The notes below the pieces were generated by a model. It was not told where the DNA came from. It was given only the letters and a program-made list of their open reading frames with translations, and did no database searches. Both the position numbers and the translations under genes were made by a program. From a virus (lineage: Duplodnaviria > Caudoviricetes): a stretch of 53,990 bases of DNA. The stretch spans positions 1 to 53,990 of the IMG/VR virus record IMGVR_UViG_3300025276_000041, one strand, 5' to 3'. The number at the start of each line of letters is the position of its first letter. The first letter of the stretch is position 1. This document shows, in pieces, positions 29,991 through 39,956 of this stretch.

Positions 29991-30058
29991 ACATCAGCAT
30001 ACAGTTCATCGCTTAACCCCTAATATATATCCCGAACTGCGGTACAGCCGATGCAAAG

Positions 30059-30217
30059 TCAATATCCTTTTTCTTTTCTAACTACTGAATAGCACATTTT
30101 ACATTTACCTCTTACATAGGAAGGTCTTTTTTTTCTGTTTATAAATCTTTGAGTGTAAAAAAAACGTAGTGGTAAAGATAGATTACAAGAAATGCAATCC
30201 TTTAGTTCTTCTATCAT
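30059..30217 (-). CDS. Small zinc-finger protein (52 aa, CISC...CKMC)
   Basis: Translated by hand as MIEELKDCISCNLSLPLRFF...RGKCKMCYSVVRKEKGY, with an ATGA overlap. Confidence 0.65.
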   Translation of the reverse strand: MIEELKDCISCNLSLPLRFFYTQRFINRKKRPSYVRGKCKMCYSVVRKEKGY

Positions 30218-30357
30218 GTATTGTTTTGAATGTAATTAAATAAATTTGAATTTTCGGTCTTTTCTTTATAGATTTTTTTAATTTTATCTATGTCTTCTTT
30301 AGTAATATAACCAAATAGTTTGTATTTATTATAAAGTTCGTCAAGAGAATCGTTCAT
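30214..30357 (-). CDS. Small hypothetical protein (47 aa)
   Basis: Translated by hand as MNDSLDELYNKYKLFGY..., downstream of a TATCTTTG box. Confidence 0.55.
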   Translation of the reverse strand: MNDSLDELYNKYKLFGYITKEDIDKIKKIYKEKTENSNLFNYIQNNT

Positions 30358-30399
30358 TTTGATTGTATTTTATTCAACTGCCCTAGAGCATAATCTTAT

Positions 30400-30407
30400 C
30401 AAAGATA
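30400..30407 (-). promoter_or_regulatory. -7 promoter box TATCTTTG (minus strand)
   Basis: CAAAGATA on the + strand, upstream of 30357. Confidence 0.5.
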
Positions 30408-30463
30408 TCCAAAACAATATATTAATAGCTATCATTAAAAATAAATTCATTAATTTTTTCATT

Positions 30464-31501
30464 TTAAAACAAGTGAGTTAGCCTGGCAACTTGACCGTGT
30501 TCAGGATGATGAATAAATCCTTCTACCGCTTTTGGAGCGTGTTGATATCCGTTGCGATGATGCCAAGAGTCTGTCCCGCTAGGGCTCCTCAGGCTCTCAA
30601 CGGTCACTCCGATATAGTCTTTTGATATTTTATGATGTACGTGATGTGTATATACATACCTATGTTTTGTAGATGCCCAGTCTTTAGGTGCTTCTTGAGC
30701 CATTAGAAGCGGCAAGTCTTGAGACTTCGCTCCGTCCCCGTGTGTTGTGCCGATTAAGTTTTTATGATATTTAAGATATTTTCTATGAGAAATAGAGCAA
30801 TCAAATTTAATGTTAGGGCTTGTCCTAAACCAACTTTGAATAACATCCGCTAAGAAGAAACCATTCGTGTAGTCATGATTAGAGGGGTTAAAAACAAATT
30901 CCACGTCTGCTACTCCAAGTAAATGCTCAATTACTTCTACATATAAACGCTTTGCTATTAAGAAATTACTGTACCACATTCCGTCAGTATCTTGAGGAGT
31001 TCCAGCTGTTGTCATCCTTTTAGGTGTGTCTATATGAAGTATGTCATTTCCTCCGATAAAAACTATTTTATCAATATTAAACCCTGAAGCTTTATTAAGA
31101 ATGCCTTGAACGCCTTCAATAACTCTAGCTACGGCTATCTGAGAATTGTAATCTTCACCACTTTCAAACGAGGTGCATAGCTTTCCAATATGAATATCGG
31201 CAGGGTCTATAACTAAACAATGAGGATCAAGTGATTTTTCCCTTTCTATGTTTTTGTAGGTGGGAGAGTAGGCTTTAAGTTCTGCCAATAGGTCTTTTCT
31301 GACCTCACTATAAGATACGGTGTCTTTTTTTACGTGAAGAGAAAAGCTTTTGCCTTTATACCAGTAGTGATTTACATTTTCAAGAGGGATCCCTACTTCG
31401 TTACATTCTTCTCGTAGGGCTCTATGTTCTAGAATCAGCTTATATTCATCTTCTTTAAGCCTTATCCTTGGTATAATTACTCCCTCTGTTTCCTTATCCA
31501 C
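30464..31501 (-). CDS. Calcineurin-like metallophosphoesterase
   Basis: Motifs DIHIG, GNDILH, SNHD, HGD and HHVHH. Confidence 0.85.
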   Translation of the reverse strand: MDKETEGVIIPRIRLKEDEYKLILEHRALREECNEVGIPLENVNHYWYKGKSFSLHVKKDTVSYSEVRKDLLAELKAYSPTYKNIEREKSLDPHCLVIDPADIHIGKLCTSFESGEDYNSQIAVARVIEGVQGILNKASGFNIDKIVFIGGNDILHIDTPKRMTTAGTPQDTDGMWYSNFLIAKRLYVEVIEHLLGVADVEFVFNPSNHDYTNGFFLADVIQSWFRTSPNIKFDCSISHRKYLKYHKNLIGTTHGDGAKSQDLPLLMAQEAPKDWASTKHRYVYTHHVHHKISKDYIGVTVESLRSPSGTDSWHHRNGYQHAPKAVEGFIHHPEHGQVARLTHLF

Positions 31502-31679
31502 GATCTAGTGTCTGTATAACGTCTTCTAAACGCTTTATGAGCTTTAAGGATGCTTCTTGTCCCGAAAGATACTCATCGTCCATCAGGGACTCGTATATCT
31601 CGTCGGTAAGCATATTCACCTCTAACATTAAATTATTAATATAGATAATTTTAGGGCTAATGAAAGATCTAGCGGGCAT
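31494..31679 (-). CDS. Hypothetical protein
   Basis: 61-aa ORF packed into the operon. Confidence 0.6.
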   Translation of the reverse strand: MPARSFISPKIIYINNLMLEVNMLTDEIYESLMDDEYLSGQEASLKLIKRLEDVIQTLDRG

Positions 31680-31683
31680 TTTA

Positions 31684-31917
31684 TTATGATTTATCCATTG
31701 AAGATAAGAATCTTTCGCCTATTTCGCTATCTACTTTCTGTATATTTTTATAAATCTTTTTAGATTTTCGCTTTACTCTCTCTCTATCAGCATCGGTTGA
31801 TTTAATTCCTAAATTAGTATACATGATGGCGTCAACGCGCAGAAGGTAATCTATTTTGCATTTATTACACCACTTCTTTTCTAGGATTTCGTCTATATGT
31901 TCAAACAGGTAGTCCAT
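31684..31917 (-). CDS. Hypothetical protein
   Basis: 77-aa ORF packed into the operon. Confidence 0.65.
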   Translation of the reverse strand: MDYLFEHIDEILEKKWCNKCKIDYLLRVDAIMYTNLGIKSTDADRERVKRKSKKIYKNIQKVDSEIGERFLSSMDKS

Positions 31918-32416
31918 TTAAAAATTTATTTATTATATTACTAGCAAGGCTCTCAGTCCCTGAAAATTGATTTTGTATTCTATTAAAAAGTTTTTCAAAT
32001 TTTGAGCCTTTGTGATTTAACTTATCTGCTTCGTCTTGAAGTAGTTCCGTGTTCAAAGTTAGTGAAATTATTTTTTCTTTCAATAAATCGTTTTCTTCTA
32101 CTAAATCTTCGTATGTCATATAACGCTCAAAAGTTTCGTTATATATATCAACTAAATGTAAAACATAGTTGTATTTTTCTCTAAACCCCTCATCAAAAAG
32201 AATCCAGTTTTTTGCATTTGTTATGCCATGAATGACGGTTGCATGATTTCTCCCGGTCTTATTGCCAATAATGTTTAGTTGTTTTTTATAAACCTCTCTC
32301 ATTATCTTATAAAACACAGCCCTAGCCTCAACATATGGCCTTTCCCTAGTCTTTTGTTTAAGGCTTACTGAAAAGACTTTGTTGATTATTTTTTCTGTGT
32401 TATCCCATTCTTTCAT
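31901..32416 (-). CDS. DnaA C-terminal-like HTH DNA-binding protein with coiled coil
   Basis: KTRERPYVEAR...IGNKTGRNHATVIHG matches the DnaA domain IV signature (R...R...IG...GRDHTTV). Confidence 0.75.
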   Translation of the reverse strand: MKEWDNTEKIINKVFSVSLKQKTRERPYVEARAVFYKIMREVYKKQLNIIGNKTGRNHATVIHGITNAKNWILFDEGFREKYNYVLHLVDIYNETFERYMTYEDLVEENDLLKEKIISLTLNTELLQDEADKLNHKGSKFEKLFNRIQNQFSGTESLASNIINKFLNGLPV

Positions 32417-32729
32417 CTAAGTAGCTATTTGAATTAATTAAATCTAAGTAGTAATCTAAATCTACCTCTTCTATGTTGTAGATAGTAACCATGTCAAGGT
32501 CATCTTTGTAAACCTCTACAATAAAGTAAAAGGGATTATCTGGGTTGTCATCAATAACGCATCCAAGGGTTTGTATTTCATAGTCTTCGTGCTTAACTTG
32601 AGAAATTGTAGAATCCAAAAACTTAGCAATGCGGATTATTAATGTAAAGTTATAAGCTTTTACTTGAAGCAAGAACTCATCTTCTAAAATATAGCCCCTA
32701 TCCCCTGAATATCTCTGTAATGACCCCAT
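32400..32729 (-). CDS. Hypothetical acidic protein
   Basis: 109-aa ORF overlapping its neighbours. Confidence 0.6.
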   Translation of the reverse strand: MGSLQRYSGDRGYILEDEFLLQVKAYNFTLIIRIAKFLDSTISQVKHEDYEIQTLGCVIDDNPDNPFYFIVEVYKDDLDMVTIYNIEEVDLDYYLDLINSNSYLDERMG

Positions 32730-32937
32730 GATTTTTTAATTCTTTTAATCTATATTCTTGTAACTTGGAAAGCTTTCCGTTCGGAGTCTTAACCTCTGAG
32801 AATATCACACCGCAATCGGCTGGAATTGCAACCAAATCTGGAATACCATTCTTATTAGTCTTGATTAGTTTTAGAACATAATAGCCTTCAGCTTCAAGCT
32901 GCTTGATTCTTTTGTTCTGTATTGCTTGTTCCGTCAT
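32698..32937 (-). CDS. VRR-NUC family nuclease / Holliday junction resolvase-like
   Basis: E..IQ...GIPDL...EVKTPNGKLSKLQ motif, adjacent to an SNF2 helicase. Confidence 0.85.
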   Translation of the reverse strand: MTEQAIQNKRIKQLEAEGYYVLKLIKTNKNGIPDLVAIPADCGVIFSEVKTPNGKLSKLQEYRLKELKNHGVITEIFRG

Positions 32938-34172
32938 GCTTGTAAATTTAGCAAATCTCTTTTGAAGTGACTTAACGTGTAGTCTTTCTTTTTTGTTACG
33001 GCCTTATATATGTCTGCCTCAATACCTCCTTTAGCAAAAATCCAATAAATATTATTTTTAATTCTGTCTTTTGTTGTCATTCTGTCTCTTGATTGCCAAT
33101 AGCTTGTGGCACTAAAATCAATATTGTAATACACTAAAGACTCTGCCATCCGCAAAGAGATACCCTCACGGCCAGAAACAATCTGTAGGGCAATAGATTT
33201 ATCTGTGGTATCAAATTCTTCTACAGACTCAGTCAACTTATCTTTAAAAACAGACTTTAAAGCGTTGAGCTCTTCCTTGAACTTATAGAAGATACCTATC
33301 TTTTGATCACTGAACTTCTGTTTTATGAACCTAGCTTTTGTGTCGTCTAGCACTTTAGAGTTTCCGCTCTCAAATTTAACTGTTCCAGAAGACAACTGAT
33401 GAATCTTCATCATTAACTTAACTGCGGTGTCTGCTAAAATCACCTCCTCCTTACCTTCAACTACTAATTTCGCCTTCAATTGATTCATAATAGCGTAAGT
33501 ATAGGGTTGAAGTATTACTTCAAGTACCTTTTCTGTGGTCTCTACGACAAATCCCGCCTCCTCTTGGCTGTATGAGATGGTGTATGGGGCCATAACATCT
33601 AGAATATGCCTTAATCCACCCCCATAGTCCTTGATTTCGTATCCGTTTATACGTTTTGAAGTTAATTTCACATAGTCTTGAGCGAAGGCATAGAAGTTTC
33701 TGTACTTACAAAAAGGATTGTTAGCAATCCCATACACTTGATGATACATTTGACTGTAAGACTCTGGCGTTGGGGTTCCTGATAAAAGTATGACCCTAGC
33801 TTTGGTTCTGTAAATTAGCTTATTTAAATCTTTTGCTCTCTTGCTGGGCTTCGGGAATGCACCCATACCATGAGCCTCGTCGGCAATTATAATATCCCAT
33901 TTTATATTTGGGAGCTTATGCATGCTCTCGTAATTAATTACAGATATATTATAGCCTGGGTCAAGGAGGCCATAGTCATGTTCAATACTAGAGATAGCCT
34001 TTTTCTTAGTTAAGAACAAAACATTTTTAGCTCCAAGATTCTTAGCAATCCCTAGACTCGTTAGAGTTTTCCCGGTTCTAACCTCCATCGCCAAATATAC
34101 AAAGTCACGTTCAGAGACAATAGAAGCTCCCTTTTCTATTATATCCTCTTGGTATTTTCTAAACTTAAGCAT
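32934..34172 (-). CDS. SF2 (SNF2-like) helicase
   Basis: RKYQ, RTGKT, DEAH, SGTP, EGISL and QSRDR motifs. Confidence 0.9.
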   Translation of the reverse strand: MLKFRKYQEDIIEKGASIVSERDFVYLAMEVRTGKTLTSLGIAKNLGAKNVLFLTKKKAISSIEHDYGLLDPGYNISVINYESMHKLPNIKWDIIIADEAHGMGAFPKPSKRAKDLNKLIYRTKARVILLSGTPTPESYSQMYHQVYGIANNPFCKYRNFYAFAQDYVKLTSKRINGYEIKDYGGGLRHILDVMAPYTISYSQEEAGFVVETTEKVLEVILQPYTYAIMNQLKAKLVVEGKEEVILADTAVKLMMKIHQLSSGTVKFESGNSKVLDDTKARFIKQKFSDQKIGIFYKFKEELNALKSVFKDKLTESVEEFDTTDKSIALQIVSGREGISLRMAESLVYYNIDFSATSYWQSRDRMTTKDRIKNNIYWIFAKGGIEADIYKAVTKKKDYTLSHFKRDLLNLQA

Positions 34173-34449
34173 CTTCAGCTATTATAAATATTTCCTCAAG
34201 GCTAGAGTCTAATATTTTATTGACACCTTTTTGTAAAAGAACAAAAGAATCTTCCTTTTCTGGCTCATCAAGTTGTTTTAAAGCTTTCTCTAAAAAAGAC
34301 TCAAGAGCCTTCTCTAGTTTTTTACCGTAAAATTTTATGTCTTGACGATATAATGGGGTTTCCTTCAGATCATCCATAATTTCTAGTTGGCATTGTTGAA
34401 GTATAATCAATTTAGATGCTATCCTATCAATCTCGTTAATTGTTTTCAT
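34165..34449 (-). CDS. Hypothetical protein
   Basis: 94-aa helical ORF in the operon. Confidence 0.65.
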   Translation of the reverse strand: MKTINEIDRIASKLIILQQCQLEIMDDLKETPLYRQDIKFYGKKLEKALESFLEKALKQLDEPEKEDSFVLLQKGVNKILDSSLEEIFIIAEDA

Positions 34450-34454
34450 GTCTA

Positions 34455-36884
34455 TTAGAATTCTATTTTGTTTGTTTTCTCAAGTTCATGCTTGCTTCTG
34501 CATCGAATCCACCTTCCTTTTTGATCTCTACCAATTTCTGGATCTACTTCGCTTCTGTACTCACAGTAAGCAACAATATTCTTGTTGAAACTAGACCTAG
34601 AAATAGTCATCTTTCCCCCCTTGGCATAGTCAGGATAATCTTGAATAAAGTCGTGATATAAGTCATTCTTATATACTTTCTCTCTAGTGTCAAGTTTTAA
34701 AATATATTCTGATTCAGAAGCATCATTAATTACACCACACCAATCAACAAAGTCTTGACCTGAAAAGTCAATTAATGTTTTCATTCTAAGATTTGCATAA
34801 CTACTTTTCACTAATCCTGTTTTCAGGTAAGAGCTTAAACAGTTAATCATGTAATTATCAAACTGACGCCACTCTTTATCGTCCCAATCACCGAACATTA
34901 ATTTCTTAAATTCATCAAGAGGCGTAAATGTTTTGTTATAGTATTGAGTTAGCTCAAGATCCCACTTCCTTCTTCTAAAAGAATTTCCAGCTCCCTTTAT
35001 TGCGTAATTAGTTGTAATTGCAATCTTCGGAGAACGATCAAAAGGAATCTTGATTGCGTCCTTGTTTTTTTTCTCTAACGTCAAACCTTCAGTAACTACA
35101 GAAAACAATCTTTCAAACTCAAAGTGCCTTTTGACATCGTCAAAACACAATATTTGTGTATCCGCCGAGACTAATTGATACGCAAAAGATCTTTCAAATG
35201 TAAAAGCCTTTCCGTCAATGACCACTAGCTTCTTCATCTGAGACAATGCGTTCATTAAAAGCCCCTTACCTGTTCCTCCTTCTGGATCGTCTGATATTAC
35301 CTCGTCATTAAGAATTACTGCGGGACAAAATGACAAATCTTTATAGCCATGCATCAAAAAACCAAGCGTACTCTCCACGCTTTTGATTCTCTTTACGTCT
35401 TGGGCAGATATGTTTTCAACGAATTGCTTAAAATCACAATCCTTGACTTCTTCAACATCAAAATTCCTGTCAATAACGTGGTCTTTCCACACATAACCAC
35501 CTAGATCAATGTAGTCTATGCTAGTAACGCCATCAGAACTAACTTTTATTGCGCAATTCTTGTAGTAGAGATAGCAAGCTATCTTAGTGTCGGCTATGAA
35601 GAATACATCTATAGAATAAAGTAGGGTAAGAAAGTCTTCTCTGAAAAACCTCGTGTTATCAGCAAAGTAATTATAAATCAAAGCGTCTTCTAGCTTCAAC
35701 AGGTAGTCTAGAATAAAGTCTTTAATCTCCTTCTCTGAAGTGTGGTCAATTAAGTTATTAGTTACCCTAACGAAAACATAATTCTTGCTCCCCTCAGGAT
35801 TATATTTGTAAAATCCATTATCTTCAAGGAACTGTTTAAACAGTATGTGAACTATCTTAACAGTACCCTTGTCCGACTTTGTCCAAAACTTTTGACTTGA
35901 TTGTTCTTCTTCAATCCTTGAAATCACCGAGTCGATTATACCGCCATCCACATTGGACTCTTCTAATTGCTGACGGATTTCTTTTTTTGGCACGCCACCT
36001 TTTAGCTTTGTCTTTATCTGGGAGACTTTTTCTTCGTCTTCATAATAACGACTGCCGAATTTTTGACTTTGAGCATATGCGCTATCTATAGTCCTCCTGA
36101 TTTCTGATAAAGGAAAGTTTTTTGTCTGGTAGTTAGTGGTGATGTACTCCGCTAAACTTTTATTGACTCCAAAATCATTAAGTGCTGCGGCTAGAATAAA
36201 TAAATTATGATTTCTTTGGCCCTCCACCATTGGATATTTTTTATCCCACCACTTTAGAAGGATGTCTACAATCTTATTTTCGTCTGTGATTGGTATGGTT
36301 GGCCGATCTCTATACTTGTCTAGCTCGGAATATGTTTGTTCCTCCAAGCTATTCCAAATGCTAGATGTAGGATTAATGTATATTAATGGATCGTAAGACT
36401 CATAACAAACCCTAGATATGTTTTTGCTTGTTTTATCAAAGTTCTCAGAACTAAAATGATTTTCTAAAGAATTAAAATAATTTTTATGGTTATCAATATC
36501 TGCTGGAATTTTAACTAAAGCCTTTAACCCTTTCCCAGATGGGCTAATAAAAACAGAGTAAACGTGTTTATCCTTGGAAAGTAGTTCTTTTTGTTCTAAA
36601 AGTTCTTTTTGCTTGGTGTAGCCATCAAAATCTAAGCAAACAAACCCACTATGTGACGCTATAGAGCTGTCAGAACGCTTGGTGAACTTCCCAGAAAAAC
36701 AAATTGCGGGAAGCTCTTGCTTTTTTTGATTAATTTTTTGTTTATCTGACTGTGTCCTGATGTTTTTGATCAGATCTTTTGAAGCTCCGTTTCTAATTCT
36801 CTCTAGGATCGTGTCTATACCACGATAAAATGGCTGATCCGTTTCTTTTATGTTTCTAAATATGGTTATAATTCCTTCTGTCAT
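34455..36884 (-). CDS. Primase-helicase (VirE-N/BT4734-like N-terminus, PriCT-like region, C-terminal P-loop helicase)
   Basis: KQELPAICFSG...CLDFD...SPSGKGLK...SYDP, then GQRNHNLF, then GGTGKG and CFDD. Confidence 0.85.
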   Translation of the reverse strand: MTEGIITIFRNIKETDQPFYRGIDTILERIRNGASKDLIKNIRTQSDKQKINQKKQELPAICFSGKFTKRSDSSIASHSGFVCLDFDGYTKQKELLEQKELLSKDKHVYSVFISPSGKGLKALVKIPADIDNHKNYFNSLENHFSSENFDKTSKNISRVCYESYDPLIYINPTSSIWNSLEEQTYSELDKYRDRPTIPITDENKIVDILLKWWDKKYPMVEGQRNHNLFILAAALNDFGVNKSLAEYITTNYQTKNFPLSEIRRTIDSAYAQSQKFGSRYYEDEEKVSQIKTKLKGGVPKKEIRQQLEESNVDGGIIDSVISRIEEEQSSQKFWTKSDKGTVKIVHILFKQFLEDNGFYKYNPEGSKNYVFVRVTNNLIDHTSEKEIKDFILDYLLKLEDALIYNYFADNTRFFREDFLTLLYSIDVFFIADTKIACYLYYKNCAIKVSSDGVTSIDYIDLGGYVWKDHVIDRNFDVEEVKDCDFKQFVENISAQDVKRIKSVESTLGFLMHGYKDLSFCPAVILNDEVISDDPEGGTGKGLLMNALSQMKKLVVIDGKAFTFERSFAYQLVSADTQILCFDDVKRHFEFERLFSVVTEGLTLEKKNKDAIKIPFDRSPKIAITTNYAIKGAGNSFRRRKWDLELTQYYNKTFTPLDEFKKLMFGDWDDKEWRQFDNYMINCLSSYLKTGLVKSSYANLRMKTLIDFSGQDFVDWCGVINDASESEYILKLDTREKVYKNDLYHDFIQDYPDYAKGGKMTISRSSFNKNIVAYCEYRSEVDPEIGRDQKGRWIRCRSKHELEKTNKIEF

Positions 36885-36905
36885 GATATTAAATAAGATT
36901 AGATT

Positions 36906-36931
36906 AAAGGGGGGTGTTTAAACGCCCCCCT
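36906..36931 (-). terminator. Terminator-like hairpin after the SSB gene
   Basis: Minus strand reads GGGGGGCG-TTTAAA-CACCCCCC-TTT. Confidence 0.65.
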
Positions 36932-36936
36932 ATAAA

Positions 36937-37194
36937 TTAGAATGGTAAATCAACGTCCTTCGGGGCGCTTGACTGACCATCTTGCTTCTTGGGAACAAAT
37001 GTATCAAGTTCAACGTAGTGTTTGCCACCTCGTGATTGATTGATGTTCATATTGACCCATCCGTTCTTTGCGTTTAAAGTCAAAAAGGCGATAGCCTCAT
37101 CAACTTTAACACTCATAGAACCTATAACCCATTCGGGTGCTGACTCTCTTTTCTTAAAAAGAAATCCATCTGCGAATATTTTATCTTCTGCCAT
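36937..37194 (-). CDS. Probable single-stranded DNA-binding protein
   Basis: Small beta protein ending in the SSB-type tail DVDLPF, next to the exonuclease/annealing genes. Confidence 0.6.
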   Translation of the reverse strand: MAEDKIFADGFLFKKRESAPEWVIGSMSVKVDEAIAFLTLNAKNGWVNMNINQSRGGKHYVELDTFVPKKQDGQSSAPKDVDLPF

Positions 37195-37243
37195 AGTTGT
37201 TTATTTAGCCCATTAATATAATGACTGCAAAGGTGGGCAACCT

Positions 37244-37999
37244 TTACAATACTTCCGAAATAAAATAATTGTCTACGTTCTCTACAGAATCTTCCGCAAA
37301 GAACTGCTTATAAACTTCTAAGGCCCTTTCAACCTTCTGCTCCCCGCCTCTGATAAACTCAATAGATGGGGTGTATTTTGCTAACCGATGCGTTTCCTTT
37401 TCAATCACATAAAATATTAATGGTTTCCCAAAAATAATTTGATAGATATAGCTTTGGCTATCGTAATTATACATCTTTGCAGAGTAGCGCCAATTGTCTA
37501 GCTTTCCTTTTCCACAAGTCTTTAAATCAATCAAAACGTTTTCGCTAGGCATGATAATATCACACTTACCCTTCCATGTGTGTCCCTTAATTTCTTGAAT
37601 CCCTGGAGTTTCAAACTCGTTGCCCTCAGCATAGATAGACTCATAGAAAGAAAAGTTACTTGTCATGCTCTTGGTCAAGGCGTCGATCTCTTCAGCTTCT
37701 TTTGTCAGCATTAACATCTCTTCACCGCTCTCCTCTATCGCTTCTTTATATAGCTTCGTGTTTCTAGAGGCGCAATCCACCAAGGTGAAGTTCTTTATTT
37801 TATCAGGCTCTAGTATTGCAGTATGAAAATACCTTCCCTCTATCAAGGGTTTTGACTCAGGTCGTGGTTTTCTGAACTGCTTAGGGTTATTCAACAGCAT
37901 TCCAATATCTGAATTAGATAAGAACTGCTTTCCAAATTCCCCATAATACTTATCGTCATTCTTGAGCTTGGCTATGGTTTCTTTTACACTAGAAATCAT
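37244..37999 (-). CDS. PD-(D/E)XK exonuclease (RecE/exonuclease VIII-like)
   Basis: LSNS, G..FH..ILEP, KGKCD, IDLKT and YNYDSQSYIY motifs. Confidence 0.8.
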   Translation of the reverse strand: MISSVKETIAKLKNDDKYYGEFGKQFLSNSDIGMLLNNPKQFRKPRPESKPLIEGRYFHTAILEPDKIKNFTLVDCASRNTKLYKEAIEESGEEMLMLTKEAEEIDALTKSMTSNFSFYESIYAEGNEFETPGIQEIKGHTWKGKCDIIMPSENVLIDLKTCGKGKLDNWRYSAKMYNYDSQSYIYQIIFGKPLIFYVIEKETHRLAKYTPSIEFIRGGEQKVERALEVYKQFFAEDSVENVDNYFISEVL

Positions 38000-38610
38000 G
38001 ATTTATTTCCGCTCAAAAACTTTTCTAAGTCTTTGTTTATGTTTTTCTTTACGCTAGAACTTATTGCATATTTAGTCTTTAGGTTCTTAATGATTTGCTC
38101 TAATCCTAGATGACTGTTAGAGGCCATGTAAGGGATAACTAGGTTTGTGTAGTTTTCATCACTAACATCTAAACTGATTACTTTTACTTCTTTGCTCTTT
38201 GGAGCTTCGGTAACAGTATCCGTAATATCCTCACCTATCCAAAGAGACAAACCTAAACCATGCAGTGCAATAGCTTTAGCCGTTGATCTTTGAATAGTTT
38301 TGTTGACCTCAAAAGATGTGACTTTCTCAATTGGAACAGCATTGTTTCTGTAGTCCATAATTGGTAAATAATCAATATGTTCGATTGTTTCAACTAAAAT
38401 ACCAACTTTTACATAAGCCGTTCGGCCATCCGTAAAAAAGTTTAGACCCGTAGATGGATCTTCGTATACTATTCTCTGAGCTAATGGATATGATTGCTTT
38501 AGCATTGACCAGGCATTTGCCCAAGATAGATAATCTAAATTACCTTTCCTTTGAACTTTGGATTTTACGTTTAAAACTGAAAGTGTTTGAAAAACTGATT
38601 TATCGTTCAT
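37996..38610 (-). CDS. Sak-type single-strand annealing protein (DUF1071-like)
   Basis: YLSWANAW, LPIMDYRN, NKTIQRSTAKAIALHGLGL motifs. Confidence 0.8.
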   Translation of the reverse strand: MNDKSVFQTLSVLNVKSKVQRKGNLDYLSWANAWSMLKQSYPLAQRIVYEDPSTGLNFFTDGRTAYVKVGILVETIEHIDYLPIMDYRNNAVPIEKVTSFEVNKTIQRSTAKAIALHGLGLSLWIGEDITDTVTEAPKSKEVKVISLDVSDENYTNLVIPYMASNSHLGLEQIIKNLKTKYAISSSVKKNINKDLEKFLSGNKS

Positions 38611-38992
38611 AATAATTGATTTTATTTTTAAGTAATTGAGATTTAATTGTTGCGTTGTTGTGAGCTGAAATTGCGTTATCTATGTACTTTTTGTTTTGAG
38701 GTTCAGCATTTTTTAAGCGATCCTCTAACTTAAATATTTTGTTATCACACCTGTCTAGAGCTAAAACTAAGACTCCCTTTTTCCACCCTTCGCTATATAG
38801 TATATGACAAAAAATGCTTGGCAAAGCCCTATAGAAATCGCCCTCATAGGCTATCCTAAGCATGTGACTGTTGTCGCTGTTTCTTTCGATTTTTATTCCG
38901 TTACACAAGTATGCTTGTGTGTCTTTTCTATGAAGTGGAGCGGATTCTGAGTCTTTAACTGCTTGATTCCAAAGCTCCTCAATACTATACAT
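38600..38992 (-). CDS. Hypothetical protein
   Basis: 130-aa ORF. Confidence 0.65.
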   Translation of the reverse strand: MYSIEELWNQAVKDSESAPLHRKDTQAYLCNGIKIERNSDNSHMLRIAYEGDFYRALPSIFCHILYSEGWKKGVLVLALDRCDNKIFKLEDRLKNAEPQNKKYIDNAISAHNNATIKSQLLKNKINYYER

Positions 38993-39125
38993 TCTCTTTA
39001 TTTATTGACTGTCTTTTCTGACCCAGATACTCCAGTGACTCTATCTCTCCAAAAAGAGTAAACAGATCTCGAATGACATCTATTGGTTTCTCCTTTAAAG
39101 GATCCTCATTATTAAATTTCTGCAT
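38985..39125 (-). CDS. Small hypothetical protein (46 aa)
   Basis: Translated by hand as MQKFNNEDPLKEKPIDV..., with an A-rich leader. Confidence 0.5.
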   Translation of the reverse strand: MQKFNNEDPLKEKPIDVIRDLFTLFGEIESLEYLGQKRQSINKENV

Positions 39126-39155
39126 TTTATTAAAATAAATTGTTATTAAACTAAG

Positions 39156-39401
39156 TTACAATTTTTGCTTATCACGACCAAATTTTATTAGGTCATTTTC
39201 TATTTTTAGATAAATTTCATTTTTTATACAATTGAGCATTAACCTCCTAAAGCTTATCACGTTTCGAGATACAGCATTACTAAGTATTTGTTTTTTCTCT
39301 TCTTGAGTATAAAAACTGTTGAATCCTATTTGTCTATCGACTTCTTCAACGTCGTCCGCAGACCACAATCCAACTAGCGTATTTGTTTTATTGTTTTTCA
39401 T
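39156..39401 (-). CDS. Hypothetical protein
   Basis: 81-aa ORF with an A-rich leader. Confidence 0.65.
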   Translation of the reverse strand: MKNNKTNTLVGLWSADDVEEVDRQIGFNSFYTQEEKKQILSNAVSRNVISFRRLMLNCIKNEIYLKIENDLIKFGRDKQKL

Positions 39402-39450
39402 TTTATTAAATTAAATAATTACATAAAGGGGGTATACTAACGTATCTTTT

Positions 39451-39795
39451 TTATTTCCCCCACTTTTCATTCTCGACGATCGTAGCAATAACGCTATAAT
39501 TAGCCAAATCCAGATAACTGTCATGCAGAGATTCGTGGTTAGGAACATTGGATTTATTAACAATATTCTCTATCCTTGCCATCTTGTCATTTGACCTAAA
39601 CCAGATACCCATTAAGGACATCTTCTTGTTGTCCTCATCTGACAAGTCTCGACCTAAAGCAATATTGCTAGAGCCATAGTCAAGCATCTTCCCGCAGAAG
39701 GTGTCGTACATCTCACCGAGCATATTTTTAAAAGCTTGGGATGTTTCAGGGAACCGCTTTTCGCAGTCTTTTGTTTGTTGGATAATGTCCTTCAT
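39451..39795 (-). CDS. Nucleotide-modification-associated domain 1 (DUF1599-like) protein
   Basis: K..DYG..NI...R.NDK..R...D...DLANY motif. Likely start at MKDII. Confidence 0.7.
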   Translation of the reverse strand: MKDIIQQTKDCEKRFPETSQAFKNMLGEMYDTFCGKMLDYGSSNIALGRDLSDEDNKKMSLMGIWFRSNDKMARIENIVNKSNVPNHESLHDSYLDLANYSVIATIVENEKWGK

Positions 39796-39956
39796 AATTC
39801 CTCGATGTTTTCGAGTTGCCACTCCAATGGGTTTGGCACTTCATACTCTTCCTGAACCAACTGACTCATGCTCATGGCTTCTCTCACCATGACGCATCCT
39901 TTAACCGCTATCGAATTTCGCAACGTAGGGGCGAAAAATAATCTAAACTGTTTCAT
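39792..39956 (-). CDS. Small hypothetical protein
   Basis: MKQFRLFF..., with ATGA overlaps at both ends. Confidence 0.55.
   Translation of the reverse strand: MKQFRLFFAPTLRNSIAVKGCVMVREAMSMSQLVQEEYEVPNPLEWQLENIEEL

Noticed and set aside
29989-30057. A second ribozyme in the 3' stem-loop
   Set aside because: CUGAUGU does not match CUGANGA, there is no properly placed GAAA, and I could not establish twister or pistol consensus.
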